This document shows positions 29,048 through 40,311 of a stretch of 64,000 bases of DNA, in pieces. Below the pieces are notes generated by a model. It was not told where the DNA came from. It was given only the letters and a program-made list of their open reading frames with translations, and did no database searches. Positions within the stretch are counted from its first letter, which is position 1. Each line of letters opens with the position of its first letter. The position numbers and the translations under genes are program-made. The stretch lies in assembly GCA_963745835.1 (NCBI GenBank), contig CAVUZH010000018.1, positions 1 through 64,000 on the forward strand. The letters run 5' to 3'. Source of the stretch: an uncultured delta proteobacterium. GTDB lineage: Bacteria > Desulfobacterota > Binatia > UBA9968.

Positions 29048-29656
29048 ATGGCCGAGGAAAGCAAAAAATCAGACCTTAGGAGTGACTCCGCCGATGAGAT
29101 TGGCGATTCCCCGTCAGAACGTCAGGATGAATTAGCCGAGACGCGCGACAAACTCCAAGCCAAGGAAAAGGAGTCGGAGGAGAATTACGCGCGCTATCTC
29201 AGACAAGTTGCCGAGGTGGACAACTTTAAAAAGAGAGTGAGCCGAGAAAAAGAGGATGCCATCCGCTATGCCAATGAGAACCTGATCAAAGATATTCTTC
29301 CGGTGATCGATAATCTCGAAAGAGCTATTGCCCATGCACAGGGTGGCGGCAATGGTAAGCCGTTGGTTGAGGGCGTTGAAATGGTCTTAAGAGGACTGCT
29401 CGATGTCTTTAGCAAACACGGCGTGGTGCAGGTCCCGGCGGTAGGAGCTGTGTTCGATCCGGGTAAACACGAAGCGATGGCGCATGTTGAAAGCAGTGAA
29501 TACCAGCCTAATACCATTATAAATGAACATCATAAAGGTTATCTGTTTCGCGACCGACTGCTACGTCCCGCACTCGTGACGGTTTCTAAAGCCCCTGGAG
29601 CTAAAGACGGGAAAAATGGTCAAAATGAGGTTGAAAAGGGTCCGGCCGATGATTAA
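29048..29656 (+). CDS. grpE: Nucleotide exchange factor GrpE
   Basis: AEVDNFKKR, FDP..HEA, GY...RLLRPA. Confidence 0.96.
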   Translation: MAEESKKSDLRSDSADEIGDSPSERQDELAETRDKLQAKEKESEENYARYLRQVAEVDNFKKRVSREKEDAIRYANENLIKDILPVIDNLERAIAHAQGGGNGKPLVEGVEMVLRGLLDVFSKHGVVQVPAVGAVFDPGKHEAMAHVESSEYQPNTIINEHHKGYLFRDRLLRPALVTVSKAPGAKDGKNGQNEVEKGPADD

Positions 29657-29720
29657 ATCAAGCTCGTTCGACTCTTTAAGCCTTCATTAATGTATAAGAC
29701 TTCATTTAGGAGCAATTGAA

Positions 29721-31637
29721 ATGGCAAAAGTTATTGGAATTGACTTAGGCACAACCAACTCCTGCGTCGCAATCTTGGAGGGTGGAGATCCTAACGTCTT
29801 GGCAAATTCAGAGGGAAGCCGGACTACCCCATCGGTCGTCGCGTTTACCGATAATGGAGAGCGGCTCGCAGGACAAATTGCGCGAAGACAAGCTATCACG
29901 AACCCTGAAAACACGATTTTCGCCGTCAAACGACTAATCGGCAGGCGTTTCGATGATCCAATGGTTCAAAGAGCAACGAAAGTTCTGCCTTATAAAGTTG
30001 TCCGTAATGACAACGGAGACGCCTGGGTAGAGATTCGCGGCAAACAATATAGCCCCGCTGAGATTTCCGCCTTCATTCTGCAAAAGATGAAGCAAACTGC
30101 AGAAGACTACCTCGGGGAAAAGGTCACCGAAGCGGTTATTACGGTTCCAGCCTACTTCAATGACAGCCAGAGACAGGCAACGAAAGACGCCGGGCGTATC
30201 GCCGGATTAAACGTTCTTCGCATCATAAATGAACCGACCGCAGCATCGCTTGCGTATGGCCTTGACAAGAAAAAAGACGAGAAAATCGCCGTCTTTGATC
30301 TTGGCGGTGGGACTTTCGATGTTTCGGTCTTGGAGCTAGGCGATGGGGTTTTTGAAGTTAAAGCTACCAACGGCGATACCTTTCTGGGCGGCGAAGATTT
30401 CGACCAAAGAATTATCGATTATTTAGCTGATGAGTTTAAGAAGGATCAAGGAATCGATTTAAGGAAGGATCGGATGGCCCTGCAACGCCTTAAAGAAGCA
30501 GGTGAAAAGGCCAAATGCGAATTATCTTCATCAATGGAGACCGACATCAATCTGCCGTTTATCACAGCAGATCAGCAAGGTCCGAAGCATCTCAATATGA
30601 AGCTGACACGGTCCAAGCTCGAAGCACTTTGCGGCGATCTGCTTGATCGGCTGGAAGCCCCCTGTCGGCAGGCGCTGAAAGATGCCGGTCTGAGCGCCAG
30701 CGATATCCATGAAGTGGTATTAGTAGGTGGAATGACGCGAATGCCTGCAGTGCAGGAGCGAGTCAAAAAGATTTTCGGCAAAGAGCCGAGTAAGGGCGTT
30801 AACCCGGATGAGGTCGTCGCAGTCGGTGCCGCTATTCAAGGGGCGGTATTGACCGGCGATGTTAAGGACGTCTTGCTGCTAGATGTTACGCCCCTTTCGC
30901 TCGGAATCGAAACACTCGGCGGCGTTTTCACAAAACTGATCGAGCGAAACACTACCATCCCAACTAAAAAGAGCCAGGTATTTTCCACTGCGCAGGACAA
31001 TCAGACCGCGGTCTCTATCAGAGTTTTCCAAGGCGAGCGTGAGATGGCCGCGGACAACAAGCTCCTGGGACAGTTCGATCTTGTCGGCATTCCGATGGCG
31101 CCTCGCGGGGTTCCTCAAGTTGAAGTAACTTTTGACATCGACGCCAATGGTATCGTTCATGTCGCAGCGAAAGATTTAGGAACGGGAAAGGAACAATCGA
31201 TCAAGATCACCGCTTCAAGCGGCCTCAACGAAGAAGAAATCAAGCGCATGGTTTCTGACGCTGAAGCACACGCGTCAGAGGATAAGAAGCGGAAAGAAAC
31301 TGTCGAGGCGCGCAATCAACTTGATACGCTGATCTACTCTACTGAAAAGTCGCTCAAAGAGCACGGCGGTGATCTCGAGCCAGGAGTGAAGGAAAATATC
31401 GAGTCCGCGCTAACGCAAGCTAAGGCGGCCTTAGAAAGTCAGGATGCCCAGGCAATGAGGACTGCGGCCGATCAGTTGAGCCAATCGTCTCACAAATTGG
31501 CGGAATCAATGTACGCCAAAGCTTCGCAGCAGCAAAAAACTCAGGACACTGGTGAAACGGAAGGACAAAGCACCGAGGACGGTAAGAAAAAGAAAGAAGA
31601 TGTGGTCGACGCGGACTTCACCGAGGTTAAAGAATAA
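29721..31637 (+). CDS. dnaK: Chaperone DnaK
   Basis: [18 protein letters not shown], full-length Hsp70. Confidence 0.99.
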   Translation: MAKVIGIDLGTTNSCVAILEGGDPNVLANSEGSRTTPSVVAFTDNGERLAGQIARRQAITNPENTIFAVKRLIGRRFDDPMVQRATKVLPYKVVRNDNGDAWVEIRGKQYSPAEISAFILQKMKQTAEDYLGEKVTEAVITVPAYFNDSQRQATKDAGRIAGLNVLRIINEPTAASLAYGLDKKKDEKIAVFDLGGGTFDVSVLELGDGVFEVKATNGDTFLGGEDFDQRIIDYLADEFKKDQGIDLRKDRMALQRLKEAGEKAKCELSSSMETDINLPFITADQQGPKHLNMKLTRSKLEALCGDLLDRLEAPCRQALKDAGLSASDIHEVVLVGGMTRMPAVQERVKKIFGKEPSKGVNPDEVVAVGAAIQGAVLTGDVKDVLLLDVTPLSLGIETLGGVFTKLIERNTTIPTKKSQVFSTAQDNQTAVSIRVFQGEREMAADNKLLGQFDLVGIPMAPRGVPQVEVTFDIDANGIVHVAAKDLGTGKEQSIKITASSGLNEEEIKRMVSDAEAHASEDKKRKETVEARNQLDTLIYSTEKSLKEHGGDLEPGVKENIESALTQAKAALESQDAQAMRTAADQLSQSSHKLAESMYAKASQQQKTQDTGETEGQSTEDGKKKKEDVVDADFTEVKE

Positions 31638-31675
31638 TTACAACCTGGTCTAGTGGTTATCAACAAATCGTCGAA

Positions 31676-31716
31676 AAAGCCCCTGCTCCGATCACTGGCG
31701 ACGGAGAGGGGCTTTC
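31676..31716 (+). terminator. Hairpin between dnaK and dnaJ
   Basis: aagcccct(g)ctccg ... cggagaggggctt. Confidence 0.45.
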
Positions 31717-31752
31717 CTTCGTGTACAAAATGTTAGCAAAACGAGGCGTCGC

Positions 31753-32865
31753 TTGAACGGCAAAAAAGATTACTATGAGCTGCTGGGGATCGGCCGGAAT
31801 GCCAGCGAGGACGAGATTAAAAAAGCCTACCGAAAACTTGCGCTCAAGTATCATCCCGATCGCAACCCCGGAGACAAACAGGCGGAAGAAACGTTTAAGC
31901 TGATTTCCGAGGCCTATCAGGTACTTTCGGACTCCCATAAACGAGCACAATACGATCAGTACGGTCATGCGGCTTTCGGCGATAATGGTCCGTTTTCTGG
32001 CGGATTCGACTTCAATTCTGGATTTGAAGATATTTTTGGCGATATCTTTGGCGAGTTTTTCGGCGGTGCTGGCGGACGCCGCCGCAGCCAGACGCGCGGA
32101 GAAGACCTGCGTTATAATTTAAGTTTAAGCTTTGAAGAAGCGGTCGCCGGCGTCGAAAAAAAGATTAAGATTCCACGCCATGGAGCGTGCGAAAGCTGTC
32201 ACGGTACCGGTGCCAAACCTGGCACGTCACCCCAGACTTGTCCGACATGTCATGGTCGCGGACAAGTCAGTTTTCAACAAGGATTCTTCAGCGTCTCACG
32301 CAGCTGCAATCAATGTCACGGGCAAGGAACTATCATCGCTGATCCATGCGCGTCTTGCAGTGGAGTCGGGCGCACGCGCAAAATGCATACCCTCAGTGTG
32401 AAAATTCCTGCCGGTGTTGACAACGGTTCGCGGCTCAAGCTTCGCGGCGAAGGCGAAACCGCCTCCAGCGGCGGAGTACCGGGGGATCTGTACGTTGTAA
32501 TTCAGGTAGAAACTCATCCGATCTTCAGGCGGGAGAACCTTGATATACTTTGTGATGTCCCGATAACTTTTGTGCAGGCAGCATTAGGCGCCGAGATTGA
32601 TGTCCCTACTTTGGATGGCAAGGTCAAAATGAAGGTGCCATCGGGGACGCAGTCAGGCAAGCTCTTCCGGATCAAAGGCAAGGGAGTAAAGGACGTGCAC
32701 GGTTATCAGCAAGGCGACCAACACGTCCGTGTATTGGTTGAGACACCAACCCATCTGACAGGGCGGCAAAAGGACCTTCTTAAGGAATTTGCGTCCTTAG
32801 GTGGAGAAGACGTTAATCCTATAGCAAAAGGGTTTTTCGACAAAGTGAAACAGTTGTTCGACTAG
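31753..32865 (+). CDS. dnaJ: Chaperone DnaJ
   Basis: HPD J-domain, G/F region, four CxxCxGxG repeats. Confidence 0.98.
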   Translation: MNGKKDYYELLGIGRNASEDEIKKAYRKLALKYHPDRNPGDKQAEETFKLISEAYQVLSDSHKRAQYDQYGHAAFGDNGPFSGGFDFNSGFEDIFGDIFGEFFGGAGGRRRSQTRGEDLRYNLSLSFEEAVAGVEKKIKIPRHGACESCHGTGAKPGTSPQTCPTCHGRGQVSFQQGFFSVSRSCNQCHGQGTIIADPCASCSGVGRTRKMHTLSVKIPAGVDNGSRLKLRGEGETASSGGVPGDLYVVIQVETHPIFRRENLDILCDVPITFVQAALGAEIDVPTLDGKVKMKVPSGTQSGKLFRIKGKGVKDVHGYQQGDQHVRVLVETPTHLTGRQKDLLKEFASLGGEDVNPIAKGFFDKVKQLFD

Positions 32866-32978
32866 CCGGATTCCAGACAAAATCTCTTAGTTGCCCTTGC
32901 AGCTGGTCCATGGGAAAGTAAAATTGTTGTTGACGTCGGTTCCCACTCTGACTAAGTTGAGCAAGGAATAAACACTTG

Positions 32979-35471
32979 ATGAGTGACGCTGAATGGAAAG
33001 TTGAAGATTCGGAGAACAAGGGATCACAAGTAGAGATACCTGAAGTTCTCCCGCTGCTACCGATTCGCGATATCGTCATCTATCCCTACATGATGCTGCC
33101 GCTCTTCGTCGGTCGAGACGTATCGATTCGTGCCGTCGAAGAGTCTCTTTCGCGCGACCGACTGATTTTTTTGGTCGCACAGAAGAATTCTTCCGAAGAA
33201 AGCCCAACTCCATCGGAGATACACAAGGTGGGCACCATCGCCTCAATCATGCGAATGCTGAAGCTGGCCGATGGACGAGTCAAGATTTTGGTTCAGGGTT
33301 TGTCGAAGGGAGAAGTGGATATCTTCACCCGGGAACGTCCGTATTTTGAGGTAAAAATTCGCAAAGTCATCGAACCTACTCTGCAGGAAGTTCCCATCGA
33401 AGTTGAAGCCTTAATGCGCACAGCCAAAGAGAAAATCGAGCAAATCCTCAATTTAAAGAACCTTCCTCCCGAGATTGTGATGGTGACCGACAACATCAGT
33501 GATCCCGGCGTATTGGCGGATCTGGTCGCATCTAATCTTCGTTTGAAGATTGAGGAGAGCCAAGCGATCCTCGAAATTTTCGATCCCATTGAACGACTTA
33601 AGAAAGTAAATGACCTTTTGGGTCGCGAGTTGGAGTTATCGACGATGCAGGCGCGCATTCAGAACCAAGCCAAAGAAGAGATGAGCAAAACTCAGCGCGA
33701 CTATTTTTTGCGCGAGCAACTAAAACAAATACAACAGGAGCTTGGTGAAGGCGACGAACGCGCCGAGGAGATGAATGAGGTTCGAAAGCAAATCGACAAA
33801 GCTAAGATGCCGCCTGAAGTAAAAAGGGAGGCCGATAAGCAACTGCGAAGATTAGAGCAGATGCATCCGGAATCATCCGAGGCTTCTCTGGTTCGAACCT
33901 ATTTGGATTGGCTGGTTGATCTTCCGTGGAGCAGAAAAACTAAGGACAATCTAAACATTAAGAAAGCTAAGCAGGTTCTCGATGAAGATCACTATAATCT
34001 GGAAAAGATTAAGGAGCGCATCCTCGAGTACCTCGCCGTCAACAAACTTCGCAAGAAATTAAAAGGCCCCATACTCTGCTTTGTCGGACCCCCGGGTGTC
34101 GGAAAAACGTCTCTGGGCCGTTCCATCGCGCGGGCTCTTGGCCGTAATTTTGTGCGGGTTTCTTTGGGCGGCGTACGCGATGAGGCGGAGATCCGTGGCC
34201 ATCGACGTACCTATGTGGGCGCATTACCCGGACGCGTGATCCAAGGCATCAAGCAGGCCGGCTCCAACAATCCGGTTTTTATGTTGGACGAAATCGATAA
34301 GGTTGGCGCTGATTTCCGGGGCGATCCATCGGCCGCTCTACTTGAGGTACTCGATCCCGAGCAGAACCACGCCTTCAGTGATCATTACTTGAATCTGCCG
34401 TTCGATCTTTCAAATACGCTTTTTATTTGCACTGCCAATCTGCTGGATCCTGTTCCGGCGGCCCTAGCCGATCGCATGGAAGTGATCCAACTCTCTGGTT
34501 ACACCAACGAAGAAAAACTCGAGATCGCACGCAAATATCTGATTCCTAGACAATTCGAAGATAATGGACTTTCAGCGAAGACGATCGAAATTTCTGACGA
34601 TGCCATGTTGCGCATCATCGGCGAATACACCAAAGAAGCCGGTCTGAGAAATCTCGAAAGAGAGATTGCTTCTATCTGCCGTAAAGTTGCGCGCAAAGTG
34701 GCCGAAGGAAAAACCGAATTGACCCGAATCACGCGTGCAAATGTTCATTCCTTCTTAGGAGCTCCCAAATTCTTGCCGGAAGCCGAGCAGGAGAACCATG
34801 AGATCGGGGTTGCCACTGGTCTGGCTTGGACCAGCGCAGGCGGCGAAATTTTATACGTCGAAGCTTCGCTGTCGAAAGGACGGGGCAACTTAACTCTGAC
34901 GGGGCAATTGGGCGACGTTATGAAGGAGTCAGCTCAAGCCGCGGTGAGTTACGCTCGAGCGCATGCTAAAAAGTTGGACATTGAAGAGGACTTTTATCAG
35001 AAGCTCGATATTCATATCCATGTTCCCGCAGGGGCTATTCCGAAAGATGGACCGTCAGCGGGCATCACCATGGCAACTGCGCTCATTTCTGCACTCACGA
35101 AACGCGCTGTAAGTAGAGATGTCGCCATGACTGGAGAAATCACCTTGCGAGGTAGAGTACTACCCATTGGAGGACTTAAGGAAAAATCGCTAGCAGCTTT
35201 TCGAGCTGGAATAAAAACGATTATTATTCCCGATCGAAATGAAAAGGACTTGGATGAAATTCCCAAGGTTCTTCGCCGCAAGCTTCAGTGGGTGCTTGCA
35301 GAAAGTATGTCCGACGTCTTGAAGAGCGCTTTGCTTGATAAACCTACCCCAAAGAAGTCGGCCAAAGGCGTCGGCGAGAGAGTCCGGGCTCGCCGCGCTA
35401 GACTTTTGAAACGCGGTGAAAAACCGCTGCAGAAAAATCGTAGAGACCGATCGGTTCCCTTACGACCCTAA
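32979..35471 (+). CDS. lon: Lon protease
   Basis: [25 protein letters not shown]. Confidence 0.98.
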   Translation: MSDAEWKVEDSENKGSQVEIPEVLPLLPIRDIVIYPYMMLPLFVGRDVSIRAVEESLSRDRLIFLVAQKNSSEESPTPSEIHKVGTIASIMRMLKLADGRVKILVQGLSKGEVDIFTRERPYFEVKIRKVIEPTLQEVPIEVEALMRTAKEKIEQILNLKNLPPEIVMVTDNISDPGVLADLVASNLRLKIEESQAILEIFDPIERLKKVNDLLGRELELSTMQARIQNQAKEEMSKTQRDYFLREQLKQIQQELGEGDERAEEMNEVRKQIDKAKMPPEVKREADKQLRRLEQMHPESSEASLVRTYLDWLVDLPWSRKTKDNLNIKKAKQVLDEDHYNLEKIKERILEYLAVNKLRKKLKGPILCFVGPPGVGKTSLGRSIARALGRNFVRVSLGGVRDEAEIRGHRRTYVGALPGRVIQGIKQAGSNNPVFMLDEIDKVGADFRGDPSAALLEVLDPEQNHAFSDHYLNLPFDLSNTLFICTANLLDPVPAALADRMEVIQLSGYTNEEKLEIARKYLIPRQFEDNGLSAKTIEISDDAMLRIIGEYTKEAGLRNLEREIASICRKVARKVAEGKTELTRITRANVHSFLGAPKFLPEAEQENHEIGVATGLAWTSAGGEILYVEASLSKGRGNLTLTGQLGDVMKESAQAAVSYARAHAKKLDIEEDFYQKLDIHIHVPAGAIPKDGPSAGITMATALISALTKRAVSRDVAMTGEITLRGRVLPIGGLKEKSLAAFRAGIKTIIIPDRNEKDLDEIPKVLRRKLQWVLAESMSDVLKSALLDKPTPKKSAKGVGERVRARRARLLKRGEKPLQKNRRDRSVPLRP

Positions 35472-35560
35472 ACGAATCCTGCTGAACTCAACCGAGCAAA
35501 GACTCTCAACATTCCACTCATGCGGTTATGTTCTTGCCGTGAATGATAGCGACTTTTACT

Positions 35561-36565
35561 ATGAAGTTAAGTCGTTTGGGTGAATTCGGCCTGATTAAAA
35601 GGGTGCGGCGCACGATGCCAACGAACCGTGATGTAGGTTTCGGCATCGGCGATGATGCGGCATGGGTTAGAGCCAAAAGCGATTCGTTTTTTGTCACTGC
35701 CGATCTCCTGCTGGAAGATGTTCACTTTGATCTTAACTGGACTTCACTATCTGATTTGGGGTACAAAACCCTCGCGGTTAATTTGAGCGACATCGCTGCC
35801 ATGGGCGGGATCCCCGCCTATTTAACTCTTTCCTTGGGCATTCCGGGGCATTTTACCAGTGAGGCATTGGACCATTTTTATCAAGGCATCAGGTCCTTGG
35901 CAGTGCAGCACAATGTAGCCGTCGTGGGGGGAGACACCAGCCTGGCCGACAAGTTGCTGATTTCCGCTTGCCTCATCGGCCATGCCCCATATCGGCCGAT
36001 CCGTCGCAGCGGCGCCAAACCCACAAACGATATATATGTCACCGGAACTTTGGGTGATTCCGCGTTGGGTCTGCAATTACTTAAGAGCAAGAGGCTTAGA
36101 AAAAAAGGCGCTGGATATCTCCTTAACCGGCATCACAAACCGACACCGAGAGTTGCAGTAGGTGCTCTGCTAGCTCGCAAAGGATTGGCTACCGCAATGA
36201 TCGATGTCAGTGATGGACTGCTGCAAGATCTCGGACACATTTGCAGAGCCAGCGTGGTAGGCGCTCGCATCTGGGAAGAGGCTCTGCCGCTATCAAAGCC
36301 GTACAGAGAGCTGGCTGGAAACGAAGGAACACGTTATGCGCTCACTGGCGGCGAAGATTATGAGTTGTTGTTTTGCGCTCGCCAGAGTGATCGGCAGCTA
36401 ATTGACCAGTTGCAGCGTCGGATGAAGGTACCGCTATCCCGCATCGGCGCCTGCGTTCCGGCTAAACAAGGGATCTATTGTTTAGATCGTTCAGGCAAGC
36501 GCATCTCCGTTCCAGCCATCGGTCATGATCATTTCAAGAGTAAAACTTCCGACGGTAATGATTAA
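35561..36565 (+). CDS. thiL: Thiamine-monophosphate kinase
   Basis: GEFGLI, GIGDDAA, NLSDIAAMGG, IDVSDGL, GGEDYEL. Confidence 0.95.
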   Translation: MKLSRLGEFGLIKRVRRTMPTNRDVGFGIGDDAAWVRAKSDSFFVTADLLLEDVHFDLNWTSLSDLGYKTLAVNLSDIAAMGGIPAYLTLSLGIPGHFTSEALDHFYQGIRSLAVQHNVAVVGGDTSLADKLLISACLIGHAPYRPIRRSGAKPTNDIYVTGTLGDSALGLQLLKSKRLRKKGAGYLLNRHHKPTPRVAVGALLARKGLATAMIDVSDGLLQDLGHICRASVVGARIWEEALPLSKPYRELAGNEGTRYALTGGEDYELLFCARQSDRQLIDQLQRRMKVPLSRIGACVPAKQGIYCLDRSGKRISVPAIGHDHFKSKTSDGND

Positions 36566-36608
36566 TTTCGTTAGCTCGGCCGCTCAAGGCTCTGCTTGGA
36601 ACTGATGG

Positions 36609-37358
36609 ATGGACTCTGAACGACTCGTCCAGTTACTAGAACAGGTCCGTGAAAAGAAAATCAGCATTTCGCAAGCTGTCGCTCACCTGCGTCATATGCC
36701 CTACGAAGACCTGGGCTTTGCCAAGATTGATCACCACAGGGCGATCCGACAAGGATTCCCCGAAGTGATTTTGGGCGAAGGAAAAGACCCGAAAGATATT
36801 GCTGCCATTATCCGTGCGCTGCGCCGCCATAAGAACAATATATTGGTCACTCGTGTGTCCTCAGAAAAAATGACAACGCTAAAAGCTACCGTCGCCGGGC
36901 TTAGGTATCATGCAACCGCCCGTGCGGCGACCTGGATAGCAAAGCCGATCGCCACCAAAGGCAAAGGAGTCGTGCTCGTAGTATGTGCTGGCACGTCTGA
37001 CATCCCAGTGGCGGAAGAGGCTATCCTAACCGCAACGCTGATGGGTAACTGTGTCGAAAAGCTGTTTGACGTCGGTGTTGCGGGTATTCATCGCCTCCTC
37101 GAAAACCGACCGAGACTGGACCAGGCTGCTGTAGTCATTGTTGTTGCGGGCATGGAAGGCGCCTTGCCAAGCGTCGTTGCCGGAATGATCGATAAACCGG
37201 TTATTGCTGTACCCACCAGCATTGGTTATGGAGCGAGCTTTAACGGACTTGCGGCTTTATTAGGAATGCTTAACTCCTGCGCCGCAGGGGTGACCGTAGT
37301 CAATATAGATAATGGCTTTGGCGCGGGGTTTGCGGCAAGCCTCATAAACCGGGTATAG
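36609..37358 (+). CDS. larB: Nickel-pincer cofactor biosynthesis carboxylase LarB
   Basis: AGTSD, DVGVAG, AGMEGALPS, VPTSIGYG, VNIDNGFGA. Confidence 0.92.
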   Translation: MDSERLVQLLEQVREKKISISQAVAHLRHMPYEDLGFAKIDHHRAIRQGFPEVILGEGKDPKDIAAIIRALRRHKNNILVTRVSSEKMTTLKATVAGLRYHATARAATWIAKPIATKGKGVVLVVCAGTSDIPVAEEAILTATLMGNCVEKLFDVGVAGIHRLLENRPRLDQAAVVIVVAGMEGALPSVVAGMIDKPVIAVPTSIGYGASFNGLAALLGMLNSCAAGVTVVNIDNGFGAGFAASLINRV

Positions 37359-37549
37359 ATAACCTCTTGGCAGCAAACTGGTAAAAGACAGTGAGCACTT
37401 TGCTTTACCGAAAGCCTCCTATGCGCTCCATTAGATAGCAATGATTTTGCACAACATCACTACTAATGGGCGAGCCGAACATCGCTCAAACTCTACTGGT
37501 GAGTAATCGTTAAACGGGCTATATCACTTATTCTTAGGGCCGCAGGATC

Positions 37550-37975
37550 ATGGACAACATAAAGCGATATCGCATTACTCCTCATCATTCAGAATTGGCT
37601 GTCAAAGTTTTTGGTTCATCGCAATTGGAGTTATTCCAGAACTCGGGATGGGCGCTATTTGACCTTACAACCGACATAGAAAAAATCGAGACCAAAGACT
37701 GCGTCCCTCTCGAGGTGGAAGGAACCGACCGAGATGACCTTTTGGTGAATTGGGTCCGTGAGCTGCTTTACCTTTATCAAGGCAGCGGCTACTTACTGAA
37801 GGAATTTCGCATCAGCGAGCTTGGAGATAAACTAGTGAAGGCGGAAGCATGCGGCGAGAAAATCGATCCCGACCGTCATGAGATCAAAAAGGAAGTCGTG
37901 GCAATCGCATATGACAAAAGCCGGATGGTGAAGACGGGCGACCAATGGACCGCGCAGCTTATCTTTGAGGTCTAA
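37550..37975 (+). CDS. Archease family protein (degenerate motifs)
   Basis: 141 aa; LF.N...ALF, DLLVNWVRELLYL, GEKIDPDRHE..KEV. Confidence 0.8.
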   Translation: MDNIKRYRITPHHSELAVKVFGSSQLELFQNSGWALFDLTTDIEKIETKDCVPLEVEGTDRDDLLVNWVRELLYLYQGSGYLLKEFRISELGDKLVKAEACGEKIDPDRHEIKKEVVAIAYDKSRMVKTGDQWTAQLIFEV

Positions 37976-37981
37976 TCGTTA

Positions 37982-39385
37982 ATGAGTTATGTCACCGAAA
38001 GCGATTACGAAGGAATCGCCCTCATTGCCGATCCCATCCATCGCTACATACAGTTCACGGTGCCGCAGAGCAAGGGCGAGGTGACGGAAAAGGCGTTAAT
38101 CGATTCTCCTTGGGTGCAGCGCCTCCGCTATATCTATCAGCTCCAGAGCGCACGCTGGGTTTACCCCTCCGCCGAGCACAGCCGTTTTCAGCATTCGTTG
38201 GGCGCGATGCACATGGCCGGCGAATTCGCAAAGCATCTATATCCGTCATTACGGAAAGTGCTGGGCGATGAGTGTCCGTCGGCACCATTCATCGAAGAGT
38301 ATATGCGGGTAACTGGTTTGCTTCATGACCTCGGACATGGGCCGTTCGGACACTTCTTCGACGATAACTTCTTGCACGATTTTGATCTGACTCACGAAGA
38401 TTTAGGACAGGCCATCATTCAAAAATATCTTGCCGACATCATTGGGCAACTGAGGCGCAGCCCTAGCGGCCCGTTTGCTGCCGGTGAAGAGCTGCGTCCG
38501 GAGGACGTCGCCTTCCCAATCAAAAAAAATGGCCAAGAAGATCATGGTAAGCCCAAATGGGTGAGAATGTTGCAACCATTAACCAGCGGGATTTTCACAT
38601 TTGATAATCTCGACTATGTTTCGCGAGACTCCTATATGTGTGGCATCGCCGGTGGGCCGGTGGATCGTGCCCGTCTAATGCACTACACGTTTTTTTCGCC
38701 TAAAGGTTTGACGCTGCATAAAGCTGGCAACAGCGCCCTAACCATGTTCCTCAACACTCGGCTTTATCTATACACAAACGTCTATTATCATCGCACCACG
38801 CGCGCCATCGATCTCCACTTGCGCGATATCTTTCCGGATACGATGCGTGTTATCTTTCCGGGTAATCCGCTCGAACACATGGAAGAGTACTTGTATTTGA
38901 CAGACTGGTCGCTGCTCGAGGGAGTCTCCAGGTGGCGGCGGAAAAAGGGCGAGATGGAGGCTTTGGCCAAAGAATGGGAAACCGTGCTACACCGCGAAGT
39001 CAAGTGGAAGATGGCTTATGATCGAACTCTTTCGCTCAACGAGCTCCATTATGGGATGGCACTGATACAAGTCGCGGATTGGGAGAAGCGAATTCGCAGC
39101 GCATTACCTCCAAGTTTGCGCAGTCTCAGATTTCGCATCGACATGGCGACCCAGGATCCGCGGCCGGAAAATCCATTTGCCATGGGTAAGAAACAAATTC
39201 ACATCTTCGATCCTTCCACCGGTGAAATCACAAAAGAATCTTTAGCCGAACTTTTCGAATTTATCCCTTCCAAGGTTGTTCAGTTCCGTGTTTTTGCATT
39301 AGACCACGAGCACGATCAAGCGCTCGCCGAAATCGCAGAAAACACCCTAAAGGGCCAATCCGCCTCCGTTAAAACCAGTGTTTAA
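37982..39385 (+). CDS. HD-domain phosphohydrolase (SAMHD1/dNTP triphosphohydrolase-like)
   Basis: DPIH, QRLR..YQL...VYP.AEHSRFQHSLG, LLHDLGHGPF, DNLDY..RD, VYYH. Confidence 0.88.
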   Translation: MSYVTESDYEGIALIADPIHRYIQFTVPQSKGEVTEKALIDSPWVQRLRYIYQLQSARWVYPSAEHSRFQHSLGAMHMAGEFAKHLYPSLRKVLGDECPSAPFIEEYMRVTGLLHDLGHGPFGHFFDDNFLHDFDLTHEDLGQAIIQKYLADIIGQLRRSPSGPFAAGEELRPEDVAFPIKKNGQEDHGKPKWVRMLQPLTSGIFTFDNLDYVSRDSYMCGIAGGPVDRARLMHYTFFSPKGLTLHKAGNSALTMFLNTRLYLYTNVYYHRTTRAIDLHLRDIFPDTMRVIFPGNPLEHMEEYLYLTDWSLLEGVSRWRRKKGEMEALAKEWETVLHREVKWKMAYDRTLSLNELHYGMALIQVADWEKRIRSALPPSLRSLRFRIDMATQDPRPENPFAMGKKQIHIFDPSTGEITKESLAELFEFIPSKVVQFRVFALDHEHDQALAEIAENTLKGQSASVKTSV

Positions 39386-39720
39386 GAAAATCGTTGGCGA
39401 TTCGATTGTCGAGCTACCAAAGCACTCGACTCAGTGCGAGAGATAGCTTGGTGAGTCGACTGAGGCAACTTTAACAAGTCAACTTTCCCAACCGCTCCTG
39501 CTCTGCGCAATTGCAAAGCTACTCACTGTGGAGATGAGAACTTCTGTGGCGTGGATTGGAACATAACAGCTACTATCGTCCGCTCTACGTTCGAATTCGT
39601 CGGGTGTCGAACGATAAAAAGCTGATTCGCCAAATCTCCAACGCTCATGTTCAGCTTTACGCTTCCACGGGCGTGTGTTAGATAAAACAGATCCAAGTTT
39701 TAGAGGTACCCATTAGCGTT

Positions 39721-40299
39721 ATGACAAAAGCCATTATCGAACTTTTTGAAGAAAGCATACGGGTAAAGCAGTGTTTTCTGCGGGATAACTTAGAAACTCT
39801 CACACAAGCAATTGATGCTCTCGTTAGTGCGTTTCAAAGAGGAAATAAGCTACTTCTCTTCGGTAACGGCGGTAGTGCGGCCGATGCTCAGCATATCGCC
39901 GCTGAGTTCGTAAATCGGTTTCTGATCGAGCGACCGCCGCTACCGGCAATTGCTTTCACGACAGACACGTCGGTCTTAACAAGCGTTGCTAATGATTACA
40001 GCTACAATGAAGTTTTTGCCAAACAAGTACAGGCCCTCGGCAAGGAAGGGGACGTGGCCGTGGCGCTATCAACCAGCGGCAACTCGCCTAATGTCATTGC
40101 GGCAATTGATGTCTGCAAAAGAACAAACATCACGACCATTGGCCTGACTGGCGGCACTGGAGGGCAAATGGTGGGAAAAGTAGATTTTTTGCTCAATGTC
40201 TCCGAGGGGCGAAATAGTGCGCGTATCCAGGAAACACATATTCTCGTCGGTCATGTGATTTGTGATCTGGTCGATCAGAGACTCTTCCCCTCACAGTAA
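39721..40299 (+). CDS. gmhA: Sedoheptulose-7-phosphate isomerase
   Basis: GNGGSAADAQH, STSGNS, RIQE.H. Confidence 0.95.
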   Translation: MTKAIIELFEESIRVKQCFLRDNLETLTQAIDALVSAFQRGNKLLLFGNGGSAADAQHIAAEFVNRFLIERPPLPAIAFTTDTSVLTSVANDYSYNEVFAKQVQALGKEGDVAVALSTSGNSPNVIAAIDVCKRTNITTIGLTGGTGGQMVGKVDFLLNVSEGRNSARIQETHILVGHVICDLVDQRLFPSQ

Positions 40300-40311
40300 A
40301 CCGGCCGTTCC

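Noticed and set aside
35340-35471. Basic C-terminal tail of Lon as a novel domain
   Set aside because: Low-complexity K/R tails are common on Lon and there is no other support
36609-37358. Complete nickel-pincer (lar) system
   Set aside because: Only larB is present; dispersed lar genes are common
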